Notes under the pieces: generated by a model
What the model was told of the DNA's origin: nothing
The model's database searches: none
The model's input: the letters and a program-made list of their open reading frames with translations, nothing else
Source of the DNA: an uncultured Pirellulales bacterium
GTDB taxonomy: Bacteria; Planctomycetota; Phycisphaerae; Sedimentisphaerales; SM23-30
Reading direction: 5' to 3'
Assembly: GCA_964580995.1 (NCBI GenBank)
Contig: CAZOMV010000007.1
Span: 11,096 to 75,095, forward strand
DNA length: 64,000 nucleotides
Made by a program: the position numbers and the translations under genes
Shown here: positions 62,495 through 64,000 of the stretch, in pieces
Layout: each line of letters opens with the position of its first letter
Position numbering within the stretch: position 1 is the stretch's first letter

Positions 62495-63822
62495 AGAACC
62501 GCCTCCAGCGCCTCGGCCAGCATACCGATTTCCTGTTTCGTCCGTTTCTCCGTCACCGCCACGAGTATCGAATTCTCCATCCCCTTGTAATACCGGCTCA
62601 GCGGAAATCCGGCGGCAAATCCTTTCTCGATCAGCCGGCCAATCACATCCGTCGCCTCGCAGGGCAGATCCAGCACAAACTCGTTGTAAAACCACTGGGC
62701 CTTAAAATGCGGCTTTACCCCGGGAATCGCCGTCAGCCGCTGAAAGGCATAGCTGGCCTTGTCCGCGCAAAGCTGAGACGTTTCCTTGAAGCCCTCCTTG
62801 CCCAGCAGCGAAAGATAAATCAGCGATGTCATCGCACACAGCGCCTCGTTGGAACAGATATTGGAAGTGGCCTTCTCCCGCCGGATATGCTGTTCCCGCG
62901 CCTGCAGCGTCAATACATACCCGCGGCGGTTCTGCCCGTCCCGGGCCTCCCCCACAATCCGCCCCGGCATCTTCCGCACATATTTCATCCTGGTCGCCAT
63001 AAAGCCCAGATACGGCCCGCCGAACGACATCGGAATTCCCAGGCTTTGCCCCTCCCCGGTGGCAATATCCACACCCATCGCCCCGGGCGTCTGCAAAATC
63101 CCCAGCGAAATCGGATAACACGACGAAATCAGCATCGCCCCCTTTTCGTGCACCTTCTCCGCCAGATCCGAAAAATCGTCGATACACCCGAAGAAATTCG
63201 GATTCTGCACGATCACCGCCGCCGTCTGCTCGTCCAGACATTCATAAATCGCCTGCCGGTTGGCCAGCCCGTCCTGGGCATGCGTCTGCTTCAAATCAAT
63301 CTGCAAATTCCGCGTATAGGACTCGATCATCACCCGGTAAATCGGATTGACGCTGTCATCAATGATAATCTTGTTTCGTCCCGTAATCCGCAGCGCCATC
63401 ATCATCGCCTCATACAGCGCCGTCCCGCCGTCATACAGCGAGGCATTGGACGCCTCCATGTCCGTCAGCCGGCAGATCATCGACTGATATTCATAGATCG
63501 CCTGCAGCGTCCCCTGCGATATCTCCGGCTGGTAGGGCGTATAAGCGGTATAAAATTCGCTCCGGCCGGTTAACGCATACACCGCCGCCGGGATAAAATG
63601 GTCGTAAAATCCGCCGCCCAGAAAACAGGTCAGATGCGTCGAGTTCTTCGCCGCCAGCTCCGCCAGCCGCCCGCGTACCTCCTGCTCGCTCAGACCCTCC
63701 GCCAGCTTCAGGGGGCCGCTGCGCATCCGCGCCGGAATATCGCCGAACAAATCCTCCAGGCTCAGCCCCAGCTCCCCCAGCATTTCCCGCCGCTGCTCGT
63801 CCGTATTGGCTATAAATGGCAT
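62491..63822 (-). CDS. gcvPA: Glycine dehydrogenase (aminomethyl-transferring) subunit 1
   Basis: Sequence MPFIANTDEQRREMLGELGL...FLGGGFYDHFIPAAV...YTAYTPYQPEISQGTLQAIYEYQ. Confidence 0.95.
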   Translation of the reverse strand: MPFIANTDEQRREMLGELGLSLEDLFGDIPARMRSGPLKLAEGLSEQEVRGRLAELAAKNSTHLTCFLGGGFYDHFIPAAVYALTGRSEFYTAYTPYQPEISQGTLQAIYEYQSMICRLTDMEASNASLYDGGTALYEAMMMALRITGRNKIIIDDSVNPIYRVMIESYTRNLQIDLKQTHAQDGLANRQAIYECLDEQTAAVIVQNPNFFGCIDDFSDLAEKVHEKGAMLISSCYPISLGILQTPGAMGVDIATGEGQSLGIPMSFGGPYLGFMATRMKYVRKMPGRIVGEARDGQNRRGYVLTLQAREQHIRREKATSNICSNEALCAMTSLIYLSLLGKEGFKETSQLCADKASYAFQRLTAIPGVKPHFKAQWFYNEFVLDLPCEATDVIGRLIEKGFAAGFPLSRYYKGMENSILVAVTEKRTKQEIGMLAEALEAVL

Positions 63823-64000
63823 TATTCCAGTCCTTCCAGATATTTCTCATACGCCGGGGCGTCCATAATCTCCTTCACCTGGCCCGCGTCGCTCATCGCC
63901 AGCTTGCAGATCCACCCCTGGCCGTAGCAGTCCTGATTTACCAGCTCCGGCTGGGATTCCAGATCGCCGTTCACTTCCGTCACCTTACCGGCCACTGGCG
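63822..64000 (-). CDS. gcvH: Glycine cleavage system H protein, C-terminal part (5' end beyond window)
   Basis: My translation of the minus strand gives ...PVAGKVTEVNGDLESQPELVNQDCYGQGWICKLAMSDAGQVKEIMDAPAYEKYLEGLE*. A TAATG overlap joins it to the gcvPA start. Confidence 0.85.
   Translation of the reverse strand, partial: PVAGKVTEVNGDLESQPELVNQDCYGQGWICKLAMSDAGQVKEIMDAPAYEKYLEGLE

Noticed and set aside
62495-62695. Upstream extension of gcvPB (ORF 61052..62695)
   Set aside because: It overlaps the 3' end of gcvPA. The canonical gcvPB N-terminus (MKLIFEKS...) starts at ATG 62494, in an ATGA overlap.

Overview
64-kb window of a moderately GC-rich bacterial chromosome (about 55-60% GC judged by eye). 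It contains three clearly AT-richer segments. Gene content points to a PVC-superphylum, Planctomycetota-like organism, which is inference only. The supporting signs are six TAT-signal Gfo/Idh/MocA oxidoreductases, ThuA and DUF1080 modules, a HEAT-repeat giant protein, a 'LEPRCLLS' N-terminus, and secreted LRR and ankyrin proteins. I support about 47 CDS. No rRNA, tRNA, CRISPR array or transposase is visible.

Layout:
- 1-4.1 kb: GT2, GT-C, ApbE and a discoidin lipoprotein.
- 4.3-22.2 kb: an ~18-kb co-directional 11-gene minus-strand cluster. It holds exported sugar oxidoreductases, TIM-barrel/DUF1080 enzymes, a ThuA-HEAT giant, a heptahaem cytochrome c fused to a membrane domain, and a permease. 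An AraC regulator is divergent from it.
- 23.5-31.9 kb: GH172-like enzyme, a secreted protein with an extraordinary Tyr/Asp tail, a porin and a HAD hydrolase.
- 32.4-35.3 kb: LRR protein and a Bro-N gene.
- 35.7-40.8 kb: uvrA, then trpBA preceded by a WWW leader peptide plus terminator, which looks like a classical attenuator.
- 40.8-43.1 kb: an AT-rich three-gene overlapping operon of unknown function. This is my best candidate for an undescribed accessory or defence-like system.
- 43.2-51.5 kb: exported ThuA/Gfo pair, a ~175-nt repeat family, GH78 and an S41 peptidase.
- 51.6-56.1 kb: a repeat- and hairpin-rich, mostly non-coding region around an ankyrin gene.
- 56.1-64 kb: an LPS-core-like operon with a radical SAM/SPASM enzyme, then gcvH-PA-PB.

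All family calls come from motif recognition by eye. No searches were run.
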